NCBI GenBank assembly: GCA_963736855.1 | Contig: CAVTQK010000009.1 | Location: 160,001-224,000, forward strand | Origin: an uncultured delta proteobacterium | Lineage (GTDB): Bacteria; Desulfobacterota; Desulfobacteria; Desulfobacterales; UBA2156 | DNA: 64,000 nt | Direction of reading: 5' to 3' | In this document: in pieces, positions 43,275 through 52,659 of the stretch | Numbering within the stretch: position 1 is the stretch's first letter | Layout: each line of letters starts with the position of its first letter | The notes under the pieces: generated by a model | Databases searched by the model: none | The model's input: the letters and a program-made list of their open reading frames with translations, nothing else | Told to the model about the DNA's origin: nothing | Made by a program: the position numbers and the translations under genes

Positions 43275-44057
43275 CTACATTTTTCCTGCATGGACAAGGG
43301 AACGAGTTTTCGAAACGATATCCTTGCTGTCCATGAGTGAAGTCCCGACCAAAACAGCCTGAATCCCCAACGGCTTCAACTTCTCGATATCCTCCGCACT
43401 CCGGATTCCGCTTTCACTGACGATAACGCAACCCTTAGGGATCAGGGGAGCAATCCGGATCGAGACGCCGATATCGACCTGGAAGGTATCCAAATTGCGA
43501 TTGTTGATCCCGACAACGAAGGCGTTGCATGCCATGGACTTTTCAAGATCTTTTTCATCGTGAATCTCAACCAAAGCCGCCATCCCGAAGTTTTTGCAGA
43601 TGCCGAGCATTTCCTCCAATTGCTCCTTGGATAAGATCCGGGCGATTAAAAGAACTGCATCTGCGCCGTTTATAAAAGATTGAGCAATTTGCACCTCATC
43701 GATAATGAAATCCTTCCGCAAGACCGGAAGGCAAACCGCTTTCTTCAGGACAGAAATATCCCGGATATCCCCTTCGAAAAATCGCTTATCCGTCACTAGG
43801 GATATCGCGGCCGCCCCGGCGGTTTCATAGGCTTTTCCGATCCGGGAGCTGTCCCGCTTTATAAAAAAACGACCCGAAGAAGGAGAGGCGTATTTGACTT
43901 CCGCGATCAGATTGATCTGTCCGGTCCTGCATACGGCCTCCTTGAAATCGCGGACGGGAAGCAAATCGGCGTTCCGGTTTTCTCCGACGCCTTTCGCTCT
44001 GAGCATTTTGACTTCTTCGACTTTTTCATCCATGATCTTTTTCAGAATGGGGTTCAT
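43275..44057 (-). CDS. trpC: Indole-3-glycerol phosphate synthase
   Basis: IAEVKYASPS, LRKDFIID, GINNRNL, SESGI. Confidence 0.96.
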   Translation of the reverse strand: MNPILKKIMDEKVEEVKMLRAKGVGENRNADLLPVRDFKEAVCRTGQINLIAEVKYASPSSGRFFIKRDSSRIGKAYETAGAAAISLVTDKRFFEGDIRDISVLKKAVCLPVLRKDFIIDEVQIAQSFINGADAVLLIARILSKEQLEEMLGICKNFGMAALVEIHDEKDLEKSMACNAFVVGINNRNLDTFQVDIGVSIRIAPLIPKGCVIVSESGIRSAEDIEKLKPLGIQAVLVGTSLMDSKDIVSKTRSLVHAGKM

Positions 44058-44064
44058 AACTCTT

Positions 44065-45147
44065 TTATGCTCTTTTTCTTAAAAATGGGTTGCATTGTTT
44101 TGTAAAGGCGATGAGTTGGTCAAGCTTTTGCTTCGCACATCCGGAATCGATGGATTCTTTGGCCCTCTCAATGCCGCCCGGAAAATCATCTTCCAGGCCT
44201 GCTGCCATGAAAGCCGCAGCAGCGTTGAGAAGGACCATATCCCTCTTCGGCCCCTTTTCGCCGTTTAAGATCTCCCGGATGATTCGGGCATTCTCTGTCG
44301 CATCGCCTCCCTTGATGGTTTCCGGTAAAGCCCTCGTCATCCCCACGTCTTCAGGTATCATAAAAGAGGTGGTCACGCGGCCTTCTTCCAATCTGGAGAT
44401 TTTGGTGGAGCCGCAGATACTGATTTCGTCGAAGGTCCCTTCTCCGCAAACCACAAACCCGGCCTTGGTTCCCAACCTCTGCAGGACATGCGCGATCTTT
44501 TCCGTTAAATCCATGTCATAAACACCGACTACCTGGGCGTTGGCGCCTGCCGGATTGCACAGCGGTCCCAGGAGGTTGAAAATGCTCCTCAGGCCGATTT
44601 CCTGTCTCGGCCCTGCAACAAATTTCATGGCGCCATGAAACAAGGGCGCATACAAGAAACCGATTCCCACCGTATTGATGCAGCTTTCCACATCGGAGGT
44701 ATTGAGATCCAGGTTGAGGCCCAGACCGGCCAGGACATCGGCGCTGCCGCATCGGCTGGAAACCGCTCGATTGCCATGCTTGGCGACTTTAACGCCGGCC
44801 CCGGCTACGACTAAGGCTGTGACAGTGGAAACATTGAAGGTATTTGTCCCGTCCCCTCCGGTTCCGCAGGTGTCAAGAACGGTCTCCTCCTCGATGTTGA
44901 TTTCATCGCGGTCGATACTCACGCTCTTGCAATGGTTTCGGGCATTGACCGGGGTCGCGTGGGCCCGCATCATCCTGGCTGCCCCGGCGATCTCCTCGAC
45001 GGTCTCCCCCTTCATCCTCATGGCGGTCATGAATGCACCGATTTGCGCCGGCGTCGCTTGTCCCGTCATGATGATTTCCATGACGCGCCCCATCTCCTGT
45101 TCCGTCAGATTCTCGTGCTTGACGAGCTTGGCAATGGCTGTTTTCAT
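44065..45147 (-). CDS. trpD: Anthranilate phosphoribosyltransferase
   Basis: DTCGTGGDG..TFNVST, KHGNRAVSSRCGSAD, FNLLGPL.NP; SD AAGGAGG. Confidence 0.96.
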   Translation of the reverse strand: MKTAIAKLVKHENLTEQEMGRVMEIIMTGQATPAQIGAFMTAMRMKGETVEEIAGAARMMRAHATPVNARNHCKSVSIDRDEINIEEETVLDTCGTGGDGTNTFNVSTVTALVVAGAGVKVAKHGNRAVSSRCGSADVLAGLGLNLDLNTSDVESCINTVGIGFLYAPLFHGAMKFVAGPRQEIGLRSIFNLLGPLCNPAGANAQVVGVYDMDLTEKIAHVLQRLGTKAGFVVCGEGTFDEISICGSTKISRLEEGRVTTSFMIPEDVGMTRALPETIKGGDATENARIIREILNGEKGPKRDMVLLNAAAAFMAAGLEDDFPGGIERAKESIDSGCAKQKLDQLIAFTKQCNPFLRKRA

Positions 45148-45730
45148 TGTTTTTTTCCTCCTTGTTGATGAGTTGAACAAAGTTTTGAATGATTTGAAAG
45201 CCTCCGTCGGTTAGGATCGACTCCGGATGAAATTGAACACCTTCAACTCGGTAGCGTTGATGCCGAAGGCCCATGATTTCATCATCTGAAGTCCATGCAC
45301 TCACCGTGAGACATGCCGGCAGGCTTTTATGATCCACGATCAGGGAATGATAGCGCGTGGCTTCAAAAGGGTTGGGCAGAGTCCGATACAGCAAACTCCC
45401 GTCATGATGAATCCGTGATGTTTTTCCATGCACGAGACGTGCTGCAGAGACTACCTTGCCGCCGAAAGCCTGGGCGATGGCCTGATGCCCCAGACAAACA
45501 CCCAGAATCGGAACCTTTCCGGAAAATTGATGAATGACCGCCATGGAGATTCCGGCTGTATCCGGACAGCCGGGACCCGGCGATATGACGATTGCAGACG
45601 GCTTCATGTCGGCAAGGGTATCGACGTCGATGGCGTCGTTTCGAAATACCCGTACATCCGAAATCAATTGCCTGAAATATTGAACCAGGTTGTAAGTGAA
45701 TGAATCATAGTTATCGATAATCGCGATCAT
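44903..45730 (-). CDS. trpG: Anthranilate synthase component II; as sequenced it runs ~80 codons into trpD
   Basis: IIDNYDSFTYN, SPGPG, GVCLGHQ, RYHSL, QFHPES. The recognisable domain ends near 45170. Confidence 0.93.
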   Translation of the reverse strand: MIAIIDNYDSFTYNLVQYFRQLISDVRVFRNDAIDVDTLADMKPSAIVISPGPGCPDTAGISMAVIHQFSGKVPILGVCLGHQAIAQAFGGKVVSAARLVHGKTSRIHHDGSLLYRTLPNPFEATRYHSLIVDHKSLPACLTVSAWTSDDEIMGLRHQRYRVEGVQFHPESILTDGGFQIIQNFVQLINKEEKNNENSHCQARQARESDGTGDGARHGNHHDGTSDAGANRCIHDRHEDEGGDRRGDRRGSQDDAGPRDPGQCPKPLQEREYRPR

Positions 45731-45758
45731 GTTTTCCTTCCCCATCTGCAGATTTTAA

Positions 45759-47231
45759 TTACCGAATCAGCTTAAGGGCCTGATTCATGGCCTCGGCCTT
45801 GTTGACCGTTTCCGTCCACTCTTTTTCGGGATCCGAATCCGCTACGATTCCGGCGCCGGATTGAAGAACCAATCTTCCCTTTTCGATCTGTGCGGTCCTT
45901 ATGGTAATGGCCAGATCCATGTTGCCTGAAAAAGAAATATAGCCTACGGCGCCCCCATAGGGCCCTCGAGATGACTGCTCCATCTCATTGATGATTTCCA
46001 TGGCGCGAACCTTAGGCGCGCCTGTCAAAGTTCCTGCCGGGAAAACAGACCTCAATAAATCCCAAGCATCGGTTCCCGGAGATAAATTGCAGCAGATATC
46101 GGATACCAGGTGCATGACATGGCTGTATCGCTCCACGTGCAGCAGTTGGGTCACGTGAACGCTTCCGGTCTCCGCCACACGGCCCAAATCGTTGCGACCA
46201 AGGTCCACCAGCATGATGTGCTCTGCTCTTTCCTTTTCGTCTTTGAGGAGATCTTTGGCCATGGCTATGTCTTCTTCCTCGTCGATTCCCCGCTGCCGGG
46301 TGCCGGCGATGGGACGAAGAAAGGCTTTTCCGTGTTCCAGTCTCACCATGGTTTCAGGAGAAGAACCGATCAGCATCGTTTCTCCCATGTCTAAATAAAA
46401 AAGGTACGGAGAAGGGTTCACGTAACGAAGGGCCCGATAAAGCTTTAAAGGATCCGGCGGATTTTCACATATAAAAGGATGGGAGATTACTGTCTGGATG
46501 ACATCTCCGGCACGGATGTAGGATTTGACTCTCCGGACTTTTTCAAGAAAGACTTCTCTTTTAAGGGTCGGCATGAGCGTATGACCCGTATCCGATCTAT
46601 TCGCTTCGATTTCAGGAGACGGATTTAATGCTGTTTCACACAGATCACTCAGTCGCTTCCTGAGTAGACGGTAATCGGCGGAGGCATGTCGGCCCGGTGT
46701 TACAAAGTATAGGATCAAAATGGAGATTGTCTTCCGGACATTGTCGAAAATGATCAGAGCATCCGGTACGATGAACTGGGACAATTCCACTTCCGGATCC
46801 ATTCGATTCGGAATCTTTTCAAAAAAAGAGACCATCTCGTAATTCAGGTAACCGACCATTCCGCACCAGAACCGAGTGGACTCAAAGACCGGCGCCGGCT
46901 TGAACTGTCTTGTGAACGCCTTCAGATAGCCCAAAGGATCCCCCTGGTGATTGTATTTATGGATCCGGCCGTTTTCTTCTACCTGGATCCGATCTGAAAA
47001 AATCCGGATCCGACTCCTGTTCGAAATCCCCATGAAACTGTATCTTCCCCATTTTTCCCCTCCGGTAACGCTTTCAAAAAGAAAAATCGGGGTCTTCAGG
47101 CGGCAGAATTTGCTCAACAGGGTAATTGGAGTCTCGGTATCACATAAAATTTCCATACAAAGTGGAATCACATTATATTGTGATGCCATCCTATTAAATG
47201 TGGTTTCATCCGGAAATTCTTTCAGGTACAT
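45759..47231 (-). CDS. trpE: Anthranilate synthase component I
   Basis: LFESV.GGEKWGRYS, NPSPY, GSSPE, EHIMLVDLGRND, GTLTGAPK. Confidence 0.96.
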   Translation of the reverse strand: MYLKEFPDETTFNRMASQYNVIPLCMEILCDTETPITLLSKFCRLKTPIFLFESVTGGEKWGRYSFMGISNRSRIRIFSDRIQVEENGRIHKYNHQGDPLGYLKAFTRQFKPAPVFESTRFWCGMVGYLNYEMVSFFEKIPNRMDPEVELSQFIVPDALIIFDNVRKTISILILYFVTPGRHASADYRLLRKRLSDLCETALNPSPEIEANRSDTGHTLMPTLKREVFLEKVRRVKSYIRAGDVIQTVISHPFICENPPDPLKLYRALRYVNPSPYLFYLDMGETMLIGSSPETMVRLEHGKAFLRPIAGTRQRGIDEEEDIAMAKDLLKDEKERAEHIMLVDLGRNDLGRVAETGSVHVTQLLHVERYSHVMHLVSDICCNLSPGTDAWDLLRSVFPAGTLTGAPKVRAMEIINEMEQSSRGPYGGAVGYISFSGNMDLAITIRTAQIEKGRLVLQSGAGIVADSDPEKEWTETVNKAEAMNQALKLIR

Positions 47232-47267
47232 CGCCGAATTCCTTCCTTGTATCGGTTATGCTCAAAT

Positions 47268-47343
47268 AGAAAGGGCCGCGATTTTCTCACGGCCCTTTCT
47301 TGAAAAAAATAAAACCGTGAGCGTCTTCCCTGCCTACGGTTTT
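47268..47343 (-). terminator. trp attenuator terminator plus downstream hairpin
   Basis: AAAACCGT...ACGGTTTT stem (47311-47343) with U-tract ATTTTTTT; second stem AGAAAGGGCCG...CGGCCCTTTCT (47268-47300). Confidence 0.75.
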
Positions 47344-47384
47344 TATCTGTTTTATTTTTTTGCTTCTTTACTTTAGATCAAAAA

Positions 47385-47480
47385 TTACCTCCCGCCGACA
47401 AGGCTCCAATTTTCGCCTTGCCATCGCCAGAATCCATCTCCATTCAGCGAGGATGGATTTATGAATATCCTTTTCTTCAA
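47385..47480 (-). CDS. trpL: trp operon leader peptide
   Basis: TTG start; MKKRIFINPSSLNGDGFWRWQGENWSLVGGR* (3 Trp), directly upstream of the terminator and trpE. Confidence 0.65.
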   Translation of the reverse strand: MKKRIFINPSSLNGDGFWRWQGENWSLVGGR

Positions 47481-47541
47481 AGCTTTATATCTCTTTATAT
47501 CTTTCGTAAAATATAACCCTCATGGGTGTCAAGTAAAAAAA

Positions 47542-48003
47542 TCATTTGTTTTCGGAAATCATATCGCCCATGGCCCGAAGCGCCATCCGATAGCCCTCTG
47601 TTCCGAACCCCGAAAGAGTTGCTGTGGCAATATCGGAAATCATGGAGCGATGTCGAAAAGGCTCTCGTTTATAAATATTGGATATGTGCACCTCCACAAT
47701 GGGGATATCCAGACAAAGCAACGCGTCTCGAATCGCGATGCTGGTGTGGCTGAAAGCAGCAGGATTGATAATGACCCCGGCATAGCCCTCTCTGGCTTCC
47801 TGGATTCTGTCGATGATAGCGCCTTCATGGTTGGACTGAAACATCTCAACCTCAATCCCCAGCCGCCTGCTGTCATTTTCCAATTCTTTCCGGATGGTCT
47901 CCAGTGTCTTTTTTCCATAGAGGCGGGGTTCTCTTTTGCCTAAAAGATTCAGGTTGGGACCGTGAATCACCAATACCTTGGCTTTTTGTTTCTTCACTTT
48001 CAT
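47542..48003 (-). CDS. aroQ: Type II 3-dehydroquinate dehydratase
   Basis: HGPNLNLLGKREP.LYG, QSNHEG, NPAAFSHTS, EVHISN...REPFRH. Confidence 0.96.
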   Translation of the reverse strand: MKVKKQKAKVLVIHGPNLNLLGKREPRLYGKKTLETIRKELENDSRRLGIEVEMFQSNHEGAIIDRIQEAREGYAGVIINPAAFSHTSIAIRDALLCLDIPIVEVHISNIYKREPFRHRSMISDIATATLSGFGTEGYRMALRAMGDMISENK

Positions 48004-48016
48004 CAATTCTCCAATT

Positions 48017-48874
48017 TTAAAGCACCTTCCTCTGATTTTTTTCCTGCCTGGCATCACCGACTGCCTTGGTGTAGCTCCCTAAAATTTTCACAAACAAAGC
48101 ATGGGATGAAAGCTCCTGAACGGCACCGGCGACAGCAGATGAATCCCCCCCGGCTTCAACATCCGCGTAAAAAACGTACTCCCAGGGATTATCCGGTATG
48201 GGCCGGGATTCCAGCTTGGTCAGGTTCAATTGATTTTCCTGAAAGATTTTAAGGCAATCCACAAGCGCCCCAGGCCGATGCCGGGTTTTAAAGGCCAATG
48301 AAGTCTTTTCCTGAAAATCACTGATTTCCCCCTTTTGATTTTTTGCGATGACAAGAAAACGCGTCGTGTTGGTCTGAGTGGATTGAATATTCTTTTTCAG
48401 GATATCCAGGCCGTAGATCTCCGCGCATAGTATGGAAGAAATGGCCGCCCACTTTTTTGAAGAGCGCTTCGCGACCTCCTTTGCCGCACCGGCCGTATCA
48501 TAGGCCGGGACCGCTTTGAGGCCATGCTGTCTGAGAAACGCCTTGCATTGATTAAGCGCATGGGGATGGGAAAGCACGCGGGAAATATCGACGAACCGCG
48601 CTCCTTTTTTGGCTAAAAGCATGTGGGCAATAGCCATATAGACCTCCGCCCGGACCACGACATCATGACTCAGCAAAAGATCGTAGTTTTCTACTACCGT
48701 CCCCGCAATGGTGTTCTCGGCAGGAACGAATCCGAATTCCACCTTTGCTTCCATGACGGCCTTAAATACTTCTTCAAAGCTCGCACAACTCACCGGTTGC
48801 GCCTCTGATTTGAAATGCCTTTTCAGCGCCATTTCACTGTAGGCTCCGCGGATTCCCTGAAAGGCGACTCTCAT
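48017..48874 (-). CDS. pheA: Monofunctional prephenate dehydratase (PDT-ACT)
   Basis: VAFQGIRGAYSE, ENTIAG, SHPHAL.QC, NTTRF, LTKLESRP; no chorismate mutase domain. Confidence 0.93.
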   Translation of the reverse strand: MRVAFQGIRGAYSEMALKRHFKSEAQPVSCASFEEVFKAVMEAKVEFGFVPAENTIAGTVVENYDLLLSHDVVVRAEVYMAIAHMLLAKKGARFVDISRVLSHPHALNQCKAFLRQHGLKAVPAYDTAGAAKEVAKRSSKKWAAISSILCAEIYGLDILKKNIQSTQTNTTRFLVIAKNQKGEISDFQEKTSLAFKTRHRPGALVDCLKIFQENQLNLTKLESRPIPDNPWEYVFYADVEAGGDSSAVAGAVQELSSHALFVKILGSYTKAVGDARQEKNQRKVL

Positions 48875-49596
48875 GCTTCCAGCTCTTTTGCAATCTCCTG
48901 CATGGCATTCACGAATGCCATGCGGATTTTCCCGGCAAAGGGGTTATATCGGTGCATGTCGTAAAAAAGCTCCCAAGTATCGTTTTGAACTACATTCAGG
49001 ATATGCAGCAGGCGTTTGTACCCCTCGGTGTCCATCTGCAAGGGTTTTGCTCCGCAGGCAGAGAGACTGCGTCCGATGAAGTGCGTTAAAGAAAGGCTGA
49101 AAGCAACCTCACGGTCGTGGGCTTCTGGAGTGGATTCGATGAGGACCAGCCCCTTCGCTTCCAAGTATGCTTTGATTTTCCGGTAATCCGGAGTCTTGAG
49201 CCGAACCGGACAAAGGAATATTTTATGCCCGACCAAGGAATCCGCAGCGCTGTCCGGACCGAACATGGGATGACACGCCAGTATGGACGTAAAATGGGGC
49301 AGGATCCTTTCCATCCATTGAACCGGATAAGTCTTGACGGAGCACACATCGATTACCAATGCATCCTCCTTCAAGTGCGGTGCCATTTGTTCGAGTAAAA
49401 GCTTCATCTTGGAAATGGGAACGGCCAGTATCACCACATCCTGTTTGCAGACCTCGGGAAGGTCGACAGGAATCGCGCCGAGGGAGCGAATAGAATCCGC
49501 CGAATCGATTTCATCATAAATATAAATTTTAAAATCTTCCATCAGATGTCTGGCCATGAAGCGACCGAACCGGCCGAAACCGATGATGCCGATCAT
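48871..49596 (-). CDS. tyrA: Prephenate/arogenate dehydrogenase (stand-alone)
   Basis: GIIGFGRFG, DVCSVK, HPMFGPDS, HD. Confidence 0.9.
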   Translation of the reverse strand: MIGIIGFGRFGRFMARHLMEDFKIYIYDEIDSADSIRSLGAIPVDLPEVCKQDVVILAVPISKMKLLLEQMAPHLKEDALVIDVCSVKTYPVQWMERILPHFTSILACHPMFGPDSAADSLVGHKIFLCPVRLKTPDYRKIKAYLEAKGLVLIESTPEAHDREVAFSLSLTHFIGRSLSACGAKPLQMDTEGYKRLLHILNVVQNDTWELFYDMHRYNPFAGKIRMAFVNAMQEIAKELEA

Positions 49597-49648
49597 TATC
49601 GCCTTTCGATTCTTTCCGATTCCTTCCAATTCAGAACCTCCAGCCAAG

Positions 49649-50725
49649 TCACCGGATCTTTTGCCTTGCGGCCAAATCCGCAAGGACCAAAGCCGCCATG
49701 CCTTCAACGATCGGCACGGCCCTCGGGAGGACACAAGGATCATGCCGGCCGGCCCCTTTCAGCACCACAGGATTGCCGTCGTAATCCACAGTTTCCTGGG
49801 GCTTGGCGATGGTCGAAGTAGGTTTGAAGGCCGTTCGAAAATAAATGGCTTCTCCGTTGGTGATTCCTCCCTGGACTCCTCCGCTGAAGTTGGTTTTTGT
49901 TCCCAGACGACCGTTGCGCTTGACAAACAAGTCGTTGTGTTTCGAGCCCGGCATTCGGGTTCCCTCAAATCCCGAACCGATGTCGAACCCCTTGCATGCC
50001 GGTATCGAGAGCATGGCTTGGGCCAGCATGGCCTCGGTCTTATCAAAGACGGGTTCTCCGAGGCCTGCGGGAACACTGCGGCACACACACATGATGATGC
50101 CGCCCAGAGACTCGCCGGCATCACGGGCTTCACGGATGGCCCGGGCCATTTTTTCGGCGCAGGGCCCTTCCGGGCACCGCACCGGGTGGCGATCCGCATC
50201 AGCCCGTGTGACGATCTCAGGATCCACGGTTTCGCACGAAATGGATCCGACAGCCATAACCCATGCCACGATCTGTGTTCCATAGCTCTCAAAAAGGATT
50301 TTTTCGGCTACGGCGCCGGCGGCGACCCTGGCTGCGGTCTCTCTTGCGCTGGCCCTTCCCCCACCACTTTTTGACTGGATGCCGTACTTTAAGCGATAAG
50401 TGTAGTCGGCATGCGATGGACGGGGAATGTTCGCTAATTCCCCGTAGTCGGACGGGCGGCTATCCTTATTATCGATATAAAGGGCCACAGGCGTTCCCAG
50501 CGTCTTTCCGTCCTCTACACCGGAAAGAATCCTTACCCGATCCGCCTCTTTTCTGGGGGATGTAAGCGTGCTTTGTCCGGGGCGACGCCGATCGAGTTGG
50601 GGCTGGATATCTTTTTCCGAAAGGTCGATCCGGGGAGGACACCCCTCGATGACCACTCCGATGCCCGGCCCATGAGATTCACCGAAGGTCGTGATTCGGA
50701 ACAATGTGCCGAAGGAACTGGACAT
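49649..50725 (-). CDS. aroC: Chorismate synthase
   Basis: [30 protein letters not shown]. Confidence 0.97.
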   Translation of the reverse strand: MSSSFGTLFRITTFGESHGPGIGVVIEGCPPRIDLSEKDIQPQLDRRRPGQSTLTSPRKEADRVRILSGVEDGKTLGTPVALYIDNKDSRPSDYGELANIPRPSHADYTYRLKYGIQSKSGGGRASARETAARVAAGAVAEKILFESYGTQIVAWVMAVGSISCETVDPEIVTRADADRHPVRCPEGPCAEKMARAIREARDAGESLGGIIMCVCRSVPAGLGEPVFDKTEAMLAQAMLSIPACKGFDIGSGFEGTRMPGSKHNDLFVKRNGRLGTKTNFSGGVQGGITNGEAIYFRTAFKPTSTIAKPQETVDYDGNPVVLKGAGRHDPCVLPRAVPIVEGMAALVLADLAARQKIR

Positions 50726-50750
50726 GATATTATTCCTCAAGAACCGTTAC

Positions 50751-50832
50751 TGATGGCTTCGTAAAAAGTCCATCTCTCGCTTGCAAAAGCTTTTTACGAA
50801 GCCATCAATTTTGAGTTTTTACGATTTCATCA
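50751..50832. mobile_element. MITE-like element, short copy
   Basis: Ends TGATGGCTTCGTAAAAAG / GAGTTTTTACGATTTCATCA shared with 57888-58042; TTAC duplicated on both flanks. Confidence 0.75.
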
Positions 50833-51398
50833 TTACTGACGTCGCAAAGGTTTTTTGGTTTAACCGGATGGATCGACTCCCGATTTCGGATCAGACAAGC
50901 CAGAATTTCTCCGGCCGTTGCCGCCGCAGAGCGTACGTCGGTGGAAATTGAAATATCCGCAGCCCATGCGTACAGCGGCGTTCGTCCGGCCAGCTCCAGA
51001 TCGATTTCTTCTGCAGCCCCTTGTGAAGTTAAGGCCGGACGGAAAGCATCTGTTGCCGGATCCGCCATCATTCGGGATCGGATGGTTTCGGATCTGGCTG
51101 TCAGCCAGATGATTTTTCCGTTTTTTTTCATGAGAGTGATGTTTCGGTTCTCCAGGACAATCCCTCCGCCGGTGGCCACGACCTGCCGATTTTTCTGAAT
51201 GATGTCTATCAAAGCCCTTTGTTCCCAGTACCTGAAAACCGGCCATCCTGAGATTGTGACGATCTCTTTGATGCTGCATCCGGAAGCCGCTGTCACCCAA
51301 TCGTCGGTATCGACAAAAGACCATTCCATTCGGTCGGCCAGGACTTTTCCGATGCTCGTTTTTCCCGAACAACGGTATCCGATAAGAAAAAGGTTCAT
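50805..51398 (-). CDS. aroK: Shikimate kinase
   Basis: GYRCSGKT, DTD, GW..FR..E, ATGGG, RP.L. Confidence 0.92.
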   Translation of the reverse strand: MNLFLIGYRCSGKTSIGKVLADRMEWSFVDTDDWVTAASGCSIKEIVTISGWPVFRYWEQRALIDIIQKNRQVVATGGGIVLENRNITLMKKNGKIIWLTARSETIRSRMMADPATDAFRPALTSQGAAEEIDLELAGRTPLYAWAADISISTDVRSAAATAGEILACLIRNRESIHPVKPKNLCDVSNDEIVKTQN

Positions 51399-51399
51399 C

Positions 51400-52659
51400 T
51401 CAATGCAGCCCTTCCCAAATTTTCCAGAAATCCGGAAACGATTTTCCTACGCAGGCATCGTTATCGATATAAACACCTGGTGTCTTTAGGCCGGCTGCGG
51501 CAAAGCTCATGGCGATCCGGTGGTCATCCTGCGTAGCAATAACCGCCCCATGCGGAATACCCCCTTGAATGCTTAACCCGTCCTCATGGGCCGTAGCCTC
51601 AATGCCCATCTTCCGAAGCCCGGTAACCACCGTATCGATACGGTCGCTCTCTTTTCCCTTCAAGTGGCCCACGCCTTTAATGACGGTCCGGCCCTTTGCA
51701 TAGGCCGCAACCACCGCAATCGTCGGCACTGCGTCCGGGAGATCCGACATATCGGCCTCGATGGCATGCAAGGATCCACCGATCACGCATATCCCATCGG
51801 GTTCTCTCACAACCGTGCAGCCCATCTCCTCCAGCAAACTTACAATCCGCAAATCCCCTTGCCGGGTATCCGGATCGATACCGGTTGCGGTGATAGTTCC
51901 GCCGCTGATGGCCGCAGCCCCCCAGAAGTATCCGGCCTGGGAGCAATCTCCTTCCACCCAAAACCTTCGTGAGCGGTAATGCTGGCTTCCCGGGACGATG
52001 AAACGATCGTACCCGATCCGCTGAGAATGCACTCCGAAGGCTTCCATGACTTCTAGTGTGAGGTCTACATAGGGTTTGGATACCGGTCCGTGTGTGACCT
52101 CTATCTCGAGTCCTGCGGGTATACAAGGTGCCATGAACAAAAGACCGGAAAGGAACTGGCTGCTTCTTCTGCAATCGAGTCGAACCCTGGAGGCCAAATG
52201 GGAGCCGGCGACGATTTCAACCGGCGGGCATCCGTTTTCAGCCAGAGAGCGGGCCGGAACCCCCAGCTGATTCAAGCCGTCGATGAGCTCTTGGATGGGT
52301 CGCTGTTTCATGCGGTTGTTTCCCGTGAGCCGATAAATTCCCTCTCCAAGTACCACAAGGGCTGTCAAGAGCCGGATGGACGTTCCTGAATTCCCGAGAT
52401 CCAGAGTTTCCCTGCAGGATCGAAAGCGGCCATCGCATCCGACAACTTGAAGCCGATTTTCGTCTGTTTGTGTAATAGAGACACCGAGACGATCCAAAGC
52501 CTGAATCGTCAGGTTTGTATCTTGGCAGGATAAGGCATTGTCGATAATGGAAACGCCATGGGCCAGTCCCGCCGCCAACAAGGCCCGATGCGTCAGGCTC
52601 TTGGATCCCGGCACCGTGATTCGGTTTTCCGTTATGGGGCGAGGCTCTATGGGCTTCAT
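51400..52659 (-). CDS. aroA: 3-phosphoshikimate 1-carboxyvinyltransferase
   Basis: PGSKSLTHR, GNSGTSIR, SSQFLSG, KESDR, DDHRIAM, KSFPDF; ATGA overlap with the upstream gene. Confidence 0.96.
   Translation of the reverse strand: MKPIEPRPITENRITVPGSKSLTHRALLAAGLAHGVSIIDNALSCQDTNLTIQALDRLGVSITQTDENRLQVVGCDGRFRSCRETLDLGNSGTSIRLLTALVVLGEGIYRLTGNNRMKQRPIQELIDGLNQLGVPARSLAENGCPPVEIVAGSHLASRVRLDCRRSSQFLSGLLFMAPCIPAGLEIEVTHGPVSKPYVDLTLEVMEAFGVHSQRIGYDRFIVPGSQHYRSRRFWVEGDCSQAGYFWGAAAISGGTITATGIDPDTRQGDLRIVSLLEEMGCTVVREPDGICVIGGSLHAIEADMSDLPDAVPTIAVVAAYAKGRTVIKGVGHLKGKESDRIDTVVTGLRKMGIEATAHEDGLSIQGGIPHGAVIATQDDHRIAMSFAAAGLKTPGVYIDNDACVGKSFPDFWKIWEGLH

Noticed and set aside
49556..50374. Long antisense ORFs opposite aroC (also 18530-19297, 26860-27618, 53331-54089)
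   Set aside because: They overlap well-supported genes on the other strand and show no recognisable domains.
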